Assembly: GCA_947628375.1 (NCBI GenBank) | Contig: CANQZQ010000001.1 | Coordinates: 1-52,163, forward strand | Direction of reading: 5' to 3' | DNA length: 52,163 bases | From: an uncultured Bacilli bacterium | Lineage (GTDB): Bacteria; Bacillota_I; Bacilli_A; RF39; UBA660 | Shown: one piece after another, positions 51,640 to 52,163 of the stretch | How positions within the stretch are numbered: the first letter of the stretch is position 1 | Layout of the letters: each line of letters begins with the position of its first letter | Position numbers and translations under genes: made by a program | The notes under the pieces: model-generated | The model's input: the letters and a program-made list of their open reading frames with translations, nothing else | Told to the model about the DNA's origin: nothing | The model's database searches: none

Positions 51640-51879
51640 TAGCTCTTCTGCGGACTTCCACCGCAGAACGTCTAACGAAGGTTCAGATGGTTGAATAACT
51701 CTCCCCGATTACCCTTCTGTTAAGTATATGGCATAAGGTCCGCCCTTAATAACTCCATATACTATTGTTAGACCATTATTTTCTTTAGAGTGTCTTTATC
51801 GCTACTATGTAGCGTTGAGAATTCCACCAAGAGCTAATAGGTTATCAAGATATTTTATATCTTTCCTTTTTTATTACAT
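51640..51879 (-). ncRNA. candidate non-coding RNA of about 235 nt
   Basis: The promoter at 51884-51912 is followed by an RBS-like AAGGAAAG but no start codon. Internal hairpins (gctac-ata-gtagc; tatatgg...ccatata). Ends at the ttctgcgg/ccgcagaa hairpin at 51646-51668. Confidence 0.3.
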
Positions 51880-51883
51880 ATAT

Positions 51884-51912
51884 ATTATAACAAATTTTTT
51901 ATTTGTTATCAA
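51884..51912 (-). promoter_or_regulatory. right-arm promoter
   Basis: TTGATA-17-TATAAT-N4-ATGTAA. Confidence 0.6.
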
Positions 51913-52115
51913 TATTATGCTTATAACTAAAGATAACACGCGGGCGGTGGCATTCCATCCTCTAAAGTCAACCACTTACTAGCTTTTACCTTCACTCAGC
52001 TTTCAAGATAGGATTACTTTTTTATCATAGACTGAGCTATTGTTATCTTTATTTATAAACATAATATTGCGGAAGCAGAGGTCTGATGCTACATGACCTA
52101 ACATTTCCGCTTCCA

Positions 52116-52163
52116 AGTCAAGACTTACGGCAGTATTAGCGACCCCTGCCGCAAGTCTTGACT
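52116..52163. repeat. 18-bp-arm inverted repeat ending exactly at the window edge
   Basis: agtcaagacttacggcag, a 12-nt loop, then ctgccgcaagtcttgact (one mismatch). Confidence 0.7.

Noticed and set aside
38239-51912. Regularly recurring 30-45 nt near-identical units: could this be a CRISPR array?
   Set aside because: The repeats are -35/-10 promoters with upstream elements. They occur on both strands at irregular 90-900 nt intervals, and the intervening sequences are genes with an RBS. There is no CRISPR repeat-spacer geometry.
1-52163. TGA encoding Gly (code 25) instead of Trp
   Set aside because: TGA alternates with TGG, not with GGN, at equivalent positions of the G-G-W tail modules and in the paralog pair 42976/43411. 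The G-G-W modules already spell Gly with GGN next to the TGA.
38300-52163. Lysogeny module (integrase, CI/Cro pair, excisionase)
   Set aside because: No recombinase-sized ORF or recognisable integrase motifs occur on either strand. Only small HTH-like proteins and operator-like repeats are present, so the lifestyle cannot be called from this window.

Overview
AT-rich window of about 52 kb that looks like a nearly complete genome of a tailed dsDNA phage with a long non-contractile tail (siphovirus-like). No sheath gene was recognised.

There are three transcription blocks:
(i) 38.2 kb down to 1, minus strand. One long late operon: sigma-like regulator, Zn-ribbon/terminase, portal, protease-scaffold, capsid, connectors, tail tube, chaperone, a 2760-aa tape measure, a 1761-aa distal tail protein, endolysin-holin, fibre genes, and a glycosyltransferase.
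(ii) 38.3-46.9 kb, plus strand. About 20 tiny early-gene cassettes.
(iii) 52.1 down to 47.7 kb, minus strand. A second early/replication arm that converges on block (ii).

The six-frame track splits almost every late gene because TGA is a sense codon here (Trp, genetic code 4). All coordinates below are re-derived by joining same-frame fragments through TGA. Every gene then ends in TAA or TAG.

Main findings:
- TGA recoding is concentrated in late genes, no suppressor tRNA is visible, and a peptidoglycan hydrolase is present.
- An A9 slippery run at the end of the tail-tube gene opens a start-less 440-codon beta-helix ORF in the -1 frame.
- G9 and G7 homopolymer tracts lie near the 5' ends of accessory genes. 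These sit beside Ser/Thr/Tyr-rich repeat proteins and a GT2 glycosyltransferase.
- The hexamer GCGGAA (including AGCGG) is strongly over-represented and strand-polar across the late arm.
- 25 near-identical sigma-A-type promoters have an exact 17-nt spacer. Seventeen carry ATGTAA four nt after the -10 box, and matching palindromes flank the early arm.
- Several of these promoters drive no ORF.
- An iteron cluster lies inside a replisome-organiser-like gene.

No integrase, DNA polymerase, tRNA or CRISPR array was recognised by eye. Functional calls rest on motif recognition only. No searches were run.
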